This document shows positions 10,468 to 19,179 of a DNA stretch of 64,000 nucleotides, in pieces. Source of the DNA: a virus (lineage: Duplodnaviria > Caudoviricetes); IMG/VR virus record IMGVR_UViG_3300043754_000129, positions 192,001 to 256,000 of that record; one strand, 5' to 3'. The notes under the pieces are model-generated. The model made no database searches. It was not told where the DNA came from and was given only the letters and a program-made list of their open reading frames with translations. The position numbers and the translations under genes were made by a program. The first letter of the stretch is position 1, and each line of letters opens with the position of its first letter.

Positions 10468-12912
10468 ATGGACCTGAATACCCTCATCCATAAGGCGGCG
10501 TTTGGTGACCGCGGCCTCACGCTCGAGAACCTGGACGACTCCCTGCCCGAAGGTGGGGATTCGGAGCTGGGCAGCTACGCTGACAGCGCTGATGCATGGG
10601 CGGACTACGGCAATGCGATGAATGTCGCCGCTGAAGCCATCCGTGACTACAGCATCCAGCTCGAAGGTCTGATCGAGCGCAAGGAACTGAACGCGGTCAC
10701 GCTCGGCCTCATCCGTGACGCCGCGCAACGCTGCGCGACGACCGTCGGCTACGAAATCAATCTGCCGTCGATGGAAAGCGTCGAGACGCAATCGATCGAA
10801 GAACAGGGCGCGGTGGCGCTCGAAGGTTTCCGTCAGGTGATCTTCAATCTGTTCCAAGATTACGTGCTGCACTTCAAGCACCACAAGGACGTGATCGGCG
10901 ACTTCTTCCGCTCGACCTCGGGCATTCTCAACAAGTACGAGAAGAAGACGCTCCAGAACAAGGCCGAGTACAACTCGAAGAAGAACAAGATCGGCAATCA
11001 GGAAATCGCCGTGGCCTTCGTCGGCCTCGACTACTTCCTGTCGAACACGAAGGCGATGAAGGAATACCGCTTCAGCGACTTCATGGGCCTGCTGCGTCAA
11101 GATCGCCAGATGTCGAACTTCGCGCTCAAGGAATACCCGAAGCGCGTGCTCGCCGAAATCGATGCACTCGCGAAGCTGCTGCGCGGCTCGAGCCTGAAGA
11201 CCGACGCGGACGTGCAAAAGCTCGCGAAGGCTGTCGAGCAACTGAAGTCGCCCTCGGAACTGTTCGACGAGCACCTCCTGGACGTGGAGGGCTTCGGCTC
11301 GTCCAAGTTTGTCGCTGTCAAGCGCGGCGGCAAGAATCGTCTGGACGTGCTCGCGGCCGCCAAGCCGGTCACGCTGTCCAAGCCCATCGGTGCTACGGTC
11401 GGTAACGCCATCATGGCGGGTGTGCAGTCGTTCGGTGGTCGCGTGGTGGCGTCGGCTCTGCCGGTGGTGGGTGCCACGACGGGCGGTATGGCTCACGCGG
11501 TTGCTGCGCCGGTCATGGCTGCTCGCGCCATCTACGAAGGCGTGGGCGACGACAAGGGCAAGATCATGCTCAACGGCAGCGACATCGGTCGCGTGCTGGA
11601 AGCCGCGGAAGGCTACATCAACGACGTGCGTTACTTCCTGTCGACTGAGCGTGAAGTGGCGCGCATGATCGACGAGATGGAAGGCGCGGTCAAGGCTGCG
11701 GAAGCCAAGGGTCAAGCCGACGCGAAGGCCGAAGACGCAGGCGAACACGCCATGGGTTCGGTGCATCTGTACGAGAAGATCCTCGCGGTCTCGCGCGTGC
11801 TGATGCGTGCCGTGCAAACGCCGGCACAGCAAGAAGTCGCTCGTGCGCTGAAGGCCAGCAAGTACCTGAACTACCTGGCCCTGCGCGCCATCTTCAATGC
11901 GAAGAACCACGCCATGGAAGGCATGGACAATCCGGAATCGGGCGCGTTCGCACGCGGCGAAGGCGACGCCAACCTGCACAAGGAAAGCACGCCGGCAGTC
12001 AACCCGGGCCTGGCAGCGCAAGCCAAGCAGATCAATGGCGACAAGCCGATCAACACGGACGACCTCGATGCCCCGATGCATGCAGCAACGGAAGGCAAGA
12101 AGGACGAAGCCACGGACATGGTGCATGGTGCAGCGGTCGACCCGAGCAAGTCGACGTGCGACATCGAAGGCCACGCCGTGGATCCGACGAAGACGGGCGA
12201 AACGCCGGAAATCGAAGGCGCGGAACTGAAGCCGGCCAAGGAAGCCTACACCGAAGTTGAAGAAGGCGCCGTGGGCGAACATCACGCTGCGATCATCGAC
12301 AAGATCTACGACAAAGCCGAAGTGATTCCGAGCGAAGGCATTCGCATTCACATCGTGCACGACGTGTGTCAAATCGAGGCCGAGTTCGACAAGAAGATCA
12401 AGGCACATCCGGAACAACGCGAAGCTCTCCTGAAGGAAGCGGGCGAACGTCTGGACGCTGTCCTCGAGCGCGTAGACGCCACGTTCGAACATCACGGCTG
12501 GGATGTCGACGGCAAGAAGGTCGCTCTCGAAGGCCTGATGGAAACCGCCAAGTCGAAGAAGGCGAAGTTCAAGGGCGCCAACGATGAAGAAATCGCGGCA
12601 CTCGAGAAGGCCATCGGCTTCAAGCTTCCGGTCGCGTACCGCAAGTACCTGAAGGACTTCGGCTACATTGCTTGCGGCGGCAATGAAGTTTACGGCGCAG
12701 CGCGCGGTCACCTGAGCGCGGTCGAGATGTACGAAGACCTGAGCCGTAGCGATACGTTCCCGAAGCAAGCCATCCCCCTGATGGAAATCGGTGACGGCCA
12801 CTACTACATCCTGAACGCTGGCAAGGTGGTCGAATGGGCCAACGGCGGGATCGTCAAGAGCGGCAGCATGAGCTTCACCGACTTCCTCGAGAAGAAGGTG
12901 TTCGAAGATTAA
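10468..12912 (+). CDS. Internal head polyprotein with C-terminal SMI1/KNR4 (SUKH) domain
   Basis: SME, ALE, AME, ATE and ALE protease-type sites; C-terminus GANDEEIAALEKAIGFKLPVAYRKYLKDFG...NEVYG...PLMEIGDGHYYIL matches the SUKH pattern. Confidence 0.75.
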   Translation: MDLNTLIHKAAFGDRGLTLENLDDSLPEGGDSELGSYADSADAWADYGNAMNVAAEAIRDYSIQLEGLIERKELNAVTLGLIRDAAQRCATTVGYEINLPSMESVETQSIEEQGAVALEGFRQVIFNLFQDYVLHFKHHKDVIGDFFRSTSGILNKYEKKTLQNKAEYNSKKNKIGNQEIAVAFVGLDYFLSNTKAMKEYRFSDFMGLLRQDRQMSNFALKEYPKRVLAEIDALAKLLRGSSLKTDADVQKLAKAVEQLKSPSELFDEHLLDVEGFGSSKFVAVKRGGKNRLDVLAAAKPVTLSKPIGATVGNAIMAGVQSFGGRVVASALPVVGATTGGMAHAVAAPVMAARAIYEGVGDDKGKIMLNGSDIGRVLEAAEGYINDVRYFLSTEREVARMIDEMEGAVKAAEAKGQADAKAEDAGEHAMGSVHLYEKILAVSRVLMRAVQTPAQQEVARALKASKYLNYLALRAIFNAKNHAMEGMDNPESGAFARGEGDANLHKESTPAVNPGLAAQAKQINGDKPINTDDLDAPMHAATEGKKDEATDMVHGAAVDPSKSTCDIEGHAVDPTKTGETPEIEGAELKPAKEAYTEVEEGAVGEHHAAIIDKIYDKAEVIPSEGIRIHIVHDVCQIEAEFDKKIKAHPEQREALLKEAGERLDAVLERVDATFEHHGWDVDGKKVALEGLMETAKSKKAKFKGANDEEIAALEKAIGFKLPVAYRKYLKDFGYIACGGNEVYGAARGHLSAVEMYEDLSRSDTFPKQAIPLMEIGDGHYYILNAGKVVEWANGGIVKSGSMSFTDFLEKKVFED

Positions 12913-12933
12913 GCTAGAAGTTTCTAGTTGACC

Positions 12934-12961
12934 GGAGGGGCTTCGGCCCCTCCTTTATTTT
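12934..12961 (+). terminator. Intrinsic terminator
   Basis: GGAGGGGC-TTCG-GCCCCTCC followed by TTTATTTT. Confidence 0.9.
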
Positions 12962-12977
12962 GCTAGGTGACAAGGAA

Positions 12978-15149
12978 ATGGATTACACGGTACGACGCGC
13001 CGAGGTCGACCTGATTGCACTGGAGGGGCATCTTGCCTCGCTGGATGCAGTACGCGCACAACTCGAAACGCGCAATATCACCCAGGGTCTCGCACTCGAA
13101 TGCGATGCTCTCATGCACGCCAACCGGGGTCAAGGTTCCCTGTTGGCACTGGCCTATGACCGTAGCGCTACGAGCAAAGACTACCAAGTCGCACTCGAAG
13201 GCGTGATCAATACGGTCTGGGAAACGATCAAGCTCGTGGTCCGCAAGATCATCGAGTACGTCAAGAAATTCTGGTTGTGGATCACGGGCAAGAGCAACAC
13301 CGTCACGCCGGAGAAAGCGGAAGCGGCTGAACAGGCGGCCAGCGGCTTCGAGAAAGCATTCCGCGACTGGCTGGAGCAGCTGCCCCATGTTGAGGTCGAC
13401 TTGCAGTTCACCAAGGACGGCAAGACGACTACCTTCACCAACAAGAAGGATGGGGGTGCAACGGATCCGGAAGTCGAGCGTCTGAACAAGCAAGCGGAAG
13501 CTTCGCATGCGGAAGCCGATCGGCTGCGCAGTCAGATTCCGGAGATTCAGCGCCGCGGTGACGAAGCGGTCAAGCTGGTGAAGGAGCATGGTCCCGAGAA
13601 AGCTGCACAGATGATCCGCGATGGTCATCTCGTGAATGAGCTGAAGGATCACGTGAGTGAAGCCGCGAAGGATGCAGAGCACACGCAGAATTTGACGGAC
13701 AAGCTCAAGCAGCCTCACGAGGCCATCAAGCCGCTCGATCCCTCCAGCATTAAGGTTACGCGCCGGGAAGGCGCCACCGATCCGAAGACCCAGTTCCATG
13801 TCAATCAGGTCAATGAAACGGCCGCCCGCGTTCGCGAGCAGAATGACAAAGTGAACGAGATGCTGGATGGTCATCCCAGCAAGACGTTCGATCTGGACGC
13901 TGGGACTGTGCGCGGCCAAGGTGGTCCGGTTACGGATGCACTGAATGCCCGCAAGCCCAAGATCGGTCAGACCAGTGCCAAACTGGATCCGGAAAAGCAC
14001 AAGGCAGAATCTTCGGCCCATGCCCAGCAGATTCAGTCGCAGATCGACGACGAACAGGGTCTCCTCGATGCCGCTAACGAGCGTCTGTCGGATACCCGCC
14101 GCCGCAAGCAGAACGGTCAGCCGATGCACTCGATGTATGGTGGCGGCAACGACCATGACCACTGGATCGGCAGCGACGAAGACTTCGTCAAGAAGTCCCA
14201 AGCCAAGATCGACGGTCTGCGTGCCAAGCTCGGCAAGCCGGCAACCGAAAGCATTGCCACGGAAGACGCGGGCATCGGTCATCTGAAGCCTGTCGATGCA
14301 CTGAACGCCACGGCTGAAAGCATGAAGAGTCAGTTCCTCTCGGGTCTGCCGCGTCCCGAGGCATTGATTCTCTTCTCGCAAAGCTACGGCAGCAACTTGG
14401 AACAGCTCGCTCGTGAGTTCTCTCACTTGAAGCCGATCGAGGCGCTCGCGCGTCGCTACGAGCAGCTCAATGAACTGTTGCCCAAGTTCATCGCCGAAGC
14501 CGCTCAGATTGACACCATCAAGGATGCGTCGGAGCGTCAGCAGCGGATCGCGGACTTCCAGCACCGCGTCGAGAAGACCCTCGAGAGCGCCCTGGATCGT
14601 GAGGGTGGCAAGACGGATGACGCCGATCAACTGGCCAGCGATATCAAGCGCTTCCAGGCAGCCCGGGAGAGCCATGGTACCGGTGACTTCGAGATCGACA
14701 CGCCGGCCACGGGTGATCGGCTCATGCACGTGGCAGCCATCACGGATACGACCTTCCGTACGGTGCGTGCGGTGATCGCAGAAGTGCAGTCGGCAGCTAC
14801 GGAACTCAAGACGCTGGAGACGGCGCTCGAAGGGTTGAGCAGCAAGATCGTAGCGATCTCGGCAGGTAGCAGCGCATCGGCCACCGACTACGTGGCGCAT
14901 GCGCTCAACAGTGAAGTGCGGTTCGTGTCCATGCGTGTGCGCACCATCACGCAAGGCATGGCGGTCTTCACCAACTATTACACGGACGCACATCGCGCGG
15001 TCTCGCGTTATCAGAAGTTTGTGATCAAGGTCGTGGATACCGCACTCAAGCAGATGAATGGTGAGCACGAGTTCCAGGAAGATCGCGTTCGCAGTGCGCT
15101 TGCACACATGCGAGATGCATCGCGCTCGTTTGATCGCTTGGCTGCTTAA
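12978..15149 (+). CDS. Large internal head protein, protease-processed paralog family
   Basis: IALE, LALE, VALE sites then amphipathic helix GVINTVWETIKLVVRKIIEYVKKFWLWITG; internal IATE site; start moved to MDYTV after AAGGAA RBS. Confidence 0.7.
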   Translation: MDYTVRRAEVDLIALEGHLASLDAVRAQLETRNITQGLALECDALMHANRGQGSLLALAYDRSATSKDYQVALEGVINTVWETIKLVVRKIIEYVKKFWLWITGKSNTVTPEKAEAAEQAASGFEKAFRDWLEQLPHVEVDLQFTKDGKTTTFTNKKDGGATDPEVERLNKQAEASHAEADRLRSQIPEIQRRGDEAVKLVKEHGPEKAAQMIRDGHLVNELKDHVSEAAKDAEHTQNLTDKLKQPHEAIKPLDPSSIKVTRREGATDPKTQFHVNQVNETAARVREQNDKVNEMLDGHPSKTFDLDAGTVRGQGGPVTDALNARKPKIGQTSAKLDPEKHKAESSAHAQQIQSQIDDEQGLLDAANERLSDTRRRKQNGQPMHSMYGGGNDHDHWIGSDEDFVKKSQAKIDGLRAKLGKPATESIATEDAGIGHLKPVDALNATAESMKSQFLSGLPRPEALILFSQSYGSNLEQLAREFSHLKPIEALARRYEQLNELLPKFIAEAAQIDTIKDASERQQRIADFQHRVEKTLESALDREGGKTDDADQLASDIKRFQAARESHGTGDFEIDTPATGDRLMHVAAITDTTFRTVRAVIAEVQSAATELKTLETALEGLSSKIVAISAGSSASATDYVAHALNSEVRFVSMRVRTITQGMAVFTNYYTDAHRAVSRYQKFVIKVVDTALKQMNGEHEFQEDRVRSALAHMRDASRSFDRLAA

Positions 15150-15180
15150 AACAGCCAAAAAAAGAAGTAAGCGACATAGA

Positions 15181-15213
15181 CCCCCTCCCGGTTGGGAGGG
15201 GGCTTATGCCGTC
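15181..15213. terminator. Bidirectional terminator between convergent gene blocks
   Basis: CCCCCTCCC-GGTT-GGGAGGGGG followed by CTTATGCCGTC on the plus strand. Confidence 0.8.
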
Positions 15214-15217
15214 AGGT

Positions 15218-15469
15218 TTAATGCACCGGAGTGCCGTCGCGATGGACGTAGATGAAGCCTTCCTTCTCGTCCTTCTTGTAGACACCTTCCACACGCTGCA
15301 TGTTCACGTTGTCGTGCTTCTTCACTTCTTCCGCGAGTTCTTCCTGTGAGCAGTGCACCGGATAGTTCTCGTAGTCGAAGGTGTCGCACACATCGATGAA
15401 GAAAGGCTTCTCCGGCTGCTCAGAAGCCCACAAGCGCAGTTCTGCTTCGTGACGCGAGGTGTAGGTCAT
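15218..15469 (-). CDS. Hypothetical protein, 83 aa
   Basis: ORF track; GAGG RBS; overlaps the stop of the upstream gene. Confidence 0.7.
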   Translation of the reverse strand: MTYTSRHEAELRLWASEQPEKPFFIDVCDTFDYENYPVHCSQEELAEEVKKHDNVNMQRVEGVYKKDEKEGFIYVHRDGTPVH

Positions 15470-15885
15470 ACCGGACCTCCGAGACCCACCTTGCCCGTAC
15501 TGGACATGGGAATACCGCCGCCCTGTTCGCTGAGCGTGAGTTCGACATTCATGCTCTCGAAGCCGAGGATCTGAAGACCCAGCGCAAACGTCTTCATATC
15601 CATGTCGACCGTCCCCATCACGAAGAGTTCACCGGCGAGCCGGATCGCATGCTTTTCGAGCATGTCCGGATCATACAGCGGAACGCGCGCTTCGAGAAAC
15701 GCCTTCGTCTTCTCCAGCATGCCGCCGTAGCCACCGACACGTGCCTGAATCAGTTCACGCATGCGGCAGCCCAGGAAGGACGAGGCATCGATCAGGGTTT
15801 GCTCGCCCAAGAGGTGGTCGACGTTCGGCTTGGTGCGCTCGGGCGGGCGACCATAGGCGTGGCGTTCAAACAGGGGTTCGTTCAT
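15466..15885 (-). CDS. Hypothetical protein, phiKZ-like paralog family
   Basis: Start moved to MNEPLF at a TAATG overlap; distant similarity to 16778-17143 (S.FLG...F...L..L pattern). Confidence 0.7.
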   Translation of the reverse strand: MNEPLFERHAYGRPPERTKPNVDHLLGEQTLIDASSFLGCRMRELIQARVGGYGGMLEKTKAFLEARVPLYDPDMLEKHAIRLAGELFVMGTVDMDMKTFALGLQILGFESMNVELTLSEQGGGIPMSSTGKVGLGGPV

Positions 15886-16151
15886 TACGCTGCCTTCTTT
15901 TGCTTGCCGCGAATCTGATACACGCGTTGGTTGGAGAGTTCGAAGATCTGGCAGATCGCCGTCACGGGCAGGCCGCTCACGCGGATGTACTCGTTGCGCA
16001 GATCGACCATGAGGCGCGTGGCGTCCGTGACGATCTTCATCTCGTCTGCCGTGAGCTTCTTGTTGCCCTGCTCTTTCGAGCGTGCCTCGACGTCCGCGAT
16101 CAGTGTCTTGATCGTGGCGAAGGCTTCCAGGATACGTATCGTGTTCTTCAC
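15885..16151 (-). CDS. Small protein with C-terminal HTH-like segment
   Basis: GLPVTAICQIFELSNQRVYQI resembles a helix-turn-helix; AACCAAGGAG RBS with GTG start. Confidence 0.6.
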   Translation of the reverse strand: MKNTIRILEAFATIKTLIADVEARSKEQGNKKLTADEMKIVTDATRLMVDLRNEYIRVSGLPVTAICQIFELSNQRVYQIRGKQKKAA

Positions 16152-16165
16152 AGCGTTCTCCTTGG

Positions 16166-16711
16166 TTAGGCCGCCTGTTGCATGCGCACGCTCGCGAGCG
16201 TCTTATCGGTCGGCTTCTCGGTGTAGAGGAACTGCACGATGTCAACGATGACTTGATCGAGCAACTCGACGTTGATGCGCGTCGTGTTCTTCGGTGTCGG
16301 GGTGAGGCTCGTGACTTCCTTGGCGCTCACCATCCGGCTGATCTCCTGCCCGGTCATGCTGATGAGTTCTTCGAAGAAGCAGTAGGTGAAGCCCATGCCG
16401 GCTAGCTGCGGCGTGAAGAGCACCTCGCGGCGCTGCTTGTAGCTTTCCGTGCCGGTGAGGTTGGCCATGTATTCCGAGCCCTTCGAGATGATCAGTCCGT
16501 CGATGCTCGTGCGGAACGAGAACTCCACGGCATTGGAGTCCGCGATGTAGCGCGAGAGACCACGCTTCTTGGGCGCGTCCTTGCGCATCTTGTCATACAC
16601 CATCGAGTGGGCGAGGACGCCCTGCATCAGGTACTGGCGTGCGAACGCGACCGGGGTACCGCCAGCGAAGTGAGCAGCCGCCAGTTTGGCCATGTCTTGG
16701 TACTTTGCCAT
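16166..16711 (-). CDS. Hypothetical protein, 181 aa
   Basis: ORF track; AACCAAGGA RBS. Confidence 0.7.
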   Translation of the reverse strand: MAKYQDMAKLAAAHFAGGTPVAFARQYLMQGVLAHSMVYDKMRKDAPKKRGLSRYIADSNAVEFSFRTSIDGLIISKGSEYMANLTGTESYKQRREVLFTPQLAGMGFTYCFFEELISMTGQEISRMVSAKEVTSLTPTPKNTTRINVELLDQVIVDIVQFLYTEKPTDKTLASVRMQQAA

Positions 16712-16777
16712 GATTCGTTCTTCCTTGGTTCTAGATTGGTTGTAGACTGGGCGCTTGGGTAACGCCCAGGGTCGTGC

Positions 16778-17143
16778 TTAGTGGGTGGTGTGATGCTCGC
16801 CGTAGCCCACGTTGATGGTGTCCGACACCGTGATACTCGGCGCGTTGTGGAACTCCACGTCCAGCGTGAGCTTGAACGACTTCACGCGCAGAAAGCGCAT
16901 CGCCGGGATGAAGTTGCGCACCGAGATGTTCGGCTTGGCCAGGTTCTCACCGAGGCGGCGCTTGGAATCGTTCTCTTGCTTGCGCGTCATGCCGGGCTCG
17001 TGGTAGACACCCATGAGCTCCTTCCACTTCGACGGACCCACGTGCATCTCGATCAGTAGCTTGCGAAAGAGACGACCGAGAAAGAAGCTCGGCACGCGAC
17101 CCACATCGCCCGTATCCAGCGCCTTTTGCAAAGACTCTTTCAT
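16778..17143 (-). CDS. Hypothetical protein, phiKZ-like paralog family
   Basis: ORF track; AACCAAGGA RBS; LGRLFRKLL...W.ELM...LAKP pattern. Confidence 0.7.
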   Translation of the reverse strand: MKESLQKALDTGDVGRVPSFFLGRLFRKLLIEMHVGPSKWKELMGVYHEPGMTRKQENDSKRRLGENLAKPNISVRNFIPAMRFLRVKSFKLTLDVEFHNAPSITVSDTINVGYGEHHTTH

Positions 17144-17182
17144 GACTTGTTTCCTTGGTTTGATGTTGTTACGAGTTGGGGA

Positions 17183-17584
17183 TTACTCGAGTGCGTCAGC
17201 CATGTCAAACAGGTTGACGATCTTGCCTTCATCCATGCCGAGAATGCAGTCGTACTGGATGAAGTAGTTGCGACGCTCTTCTTCCGGGATGCTCGCGATG
17301 TCGATGCCTTCCACGCGCAACACCACCGTCAACACCTTCGAGGCCTTGATCTGGCCGCCCGTGAGTTGGGTGATCAAATCCGGCACCGGGTTGTCGTAGA
17401 TGATCGCGCTGACACCGGTGTACTTCGGGTCGCCGTTGACCTTGGTCTTCATCCACTTACCCAGCTCGATCTTCACTTCATCGGAGTCACCGTTCGTGCC
17501 GATGTAGACGAGGACGTCTTCCACGCCATTCGCGTCGAGTTTGCCGTGCGGCATGCCGCCGATGCTGGTAATCAGTTCAGACAT
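17183..17584 (-). CDS. Hypothetical protein, 133 aa
   Basis: ORF track; AAGGAA RBS. Confidence 0.7.
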   Translation of the reverse strand: MSELITSIGGMPHGKLDANGVEDVLVYIGTNGDSDEVKIELGKWMKTKVNGDPKYTGVSAIIYDNPVPDLITQLTGGQIKASKVLTVVLRVEGIDIASIPEEERRNYFIQYDCILGMDEGKIVNLFDMADALE

Positions 17585-17595
17585 GTTTCTGTTCC

Positions 17596-19089
17596 TTATT
17601 TGTTGCGGTTATGAAGTTCTTTGAATGCGTTCGCAAACGCGGGATCGTGACTCGTGAGGGTGATGCGGGGCCGCTCGTCGGGATCTGCAAAGTCCGGCTG
17701 GCGTTCGTCTTCCGGGATCGTGTCGATCGAATCCTCATTGTCTTGCTCGTCTCGCGCTTCCTTGAGCTTGAGCTTGACGATGCGGACGATCTTCTCGTTC
17801 TCGGTAATGAGACCAATGCCTGCCCGGTGATCGAGCACCAGCAACACGACGCCATACTTGCGGCGGATGAACTGCGCCCAGCGTTGTGGCTTACCCCCTG
17901 CCATCTCGCCAATGACGCGCTCCAACTCCTGATCAATCTCAGGCGTCGCACACCAGGGCTTGAGCTTCAGATACGCCGTCATCGCGTTGAACTTCTCATC
18001 CTTGAGCATCGCTGAGCGGATGTGGAAGAACAGGCGCGTTTCTTTCTGCTCGACGTTGCGCGGCTTAAAGCTCGGCGGGAAGACCTTCGCGATCAGGTAC
18101 GGCGTGAGATCATCCACGCTATCCATCTCGAAGAAGCGCTTCACGGCAATCGCCTTCAACTCGTCCTTGTCGCCAACCAAGCGCGGCGTGCGATACATGG
18201 CCACGTAGTCGTTCAGGAGTTCGTTGATCTGCCCCGAGTTGAACTTACCGGCCAGCTGCGTGCCGTTGTAGACTTCCGTCTGGTCCCGGCGCAAGCGTCC
18301 CTTCGTGGCAATGCCCGCGTTCTTCTTGCGCAACACTTCAGCCGCATCCTTCACCTGCAAGAGTTCCTTCTCCTCCAGGAAGACGAGCTCCTGCTCAAAG
18401 CGCAGGTTCTTCACCTTGTTGCGGTTCACCAGAGACGCCGCCTTCATGTCGGCAAAGCTCCAGTAGCCGATCAGGTTCGCCACCAGTGTCTGACCGATGC
18501 CCGGCACAATGACATCCCATTCCTTGGCGGTCTTGGTGAGGTCAAAGAGGCGCTTGACATAGAGCTCCAGCTTATCCAGATAGAACTCTTGACGGCTGTG
18601 GATCTCCTCCAGAATCTCCACGAGGATCGTCTTGTTGCGCGTGAGTTCAATACAGCGCTTGTGACGCCGCAAGAACGTATCGAGTGCCGCCTCGGTGCCC
18701 GTGAGTGTGGGATTCAGGGGCGGAATGCGGCCCAGACGCTCCTGCTCCTTGAGCGCCGCTGCCTGCTTGCGTTGGAGCTTCTTCTGCTCCTTTTGCTCAC
18801 GGCGTTGACGCTTTGCTTCACGGGCTGCTTCGGCGTGCTCGGGGCGGATGAGGGACTTCGGAAGAAAGAGGTTGACAGGTGGGCGCTCAGCGAGTGAGCC
18901 CTCGGGGACGAGATCTTCCAGAAGCAACGCCGGCTGCTCGACATCCTTCTCAGGAATCTTGTTGTCGTAGTAGCTCGGATCGTGCTTGGGTTTCCAACCG
19001 GTGACACGTTGAATCGGTTCAGGCTGCTGGGGAGGCTCGCCTTCCGGACTCAGGGGTTTGCTGTTAAAGAAATCGTTAAGGGTGAACAT
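17596..19089 (-). CDS. Hypothetical protein, 497 aa, with basic coiled coil
   Basis: ORF track; GAGGAAG RBS. Confidence 0.7.
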   Translation of the reverse strand: MFTLNDFFNSKPLSPEGEPPQQPEPIQRVTGWKPKHDPSYYDNKIPEKDVEQPALLLEDLVPEGSLAERPPVNLFLPKSLIRPEHAEAAREAKRQRREQKEQKKLQRKQAAALKEQERLGRIPPLNPTLTGTEAALDTFLRRHKRCIELTRNKTILVEILEEIHSRQEFYLDKLELYVKRLFDLTKTAKEWDVIVPGIGQTLVANLIGYWSFADMKAASLVNRNKVKNLRFEQELVFLEEKELLQVKDAAEVLRKKNAGIATKGRLRRDQTEVYNGTQLAGKFNSGQINELLNDYVAMYRTPRLVGDKDELKAIAVKRFFEMDSVDDLTPYLIAKVFPPSFKPRNVEQKETRLFFHIRSAMLKDEKFNAMTAYLKLKPWCATPEIDQELERVIGEMAGGKPQRWAQFIRRKYGVVLLVLDHRAGIGLITENEKIVRIVKLKLKEARDEQDNEDSIDTIPEDERQPDFADPDERPRITLTSHDPAFANAFKELHNRNK

Positions 19090-19179
19090 ACTTCCTCACT
19101 ATACAGTGGATGGGTGGGGTACGGCATAAGACCCAGGGCTGACTGCTCCCCGGGTCCAAAGGGTACTGCTATCTAGTTA

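Noticed and set aside
1277-15158. Long antisense ORFs (1277-3547+, 4334-5698-, 5978-7132-, 7150-8343-, 8447-10402-, 10426-12801-, 12963-15158-)
   Set aside because: They mirror real genes, have R/V/H-rich nonsense composition and no motifs; they are shadows of GC-biased codon usage.
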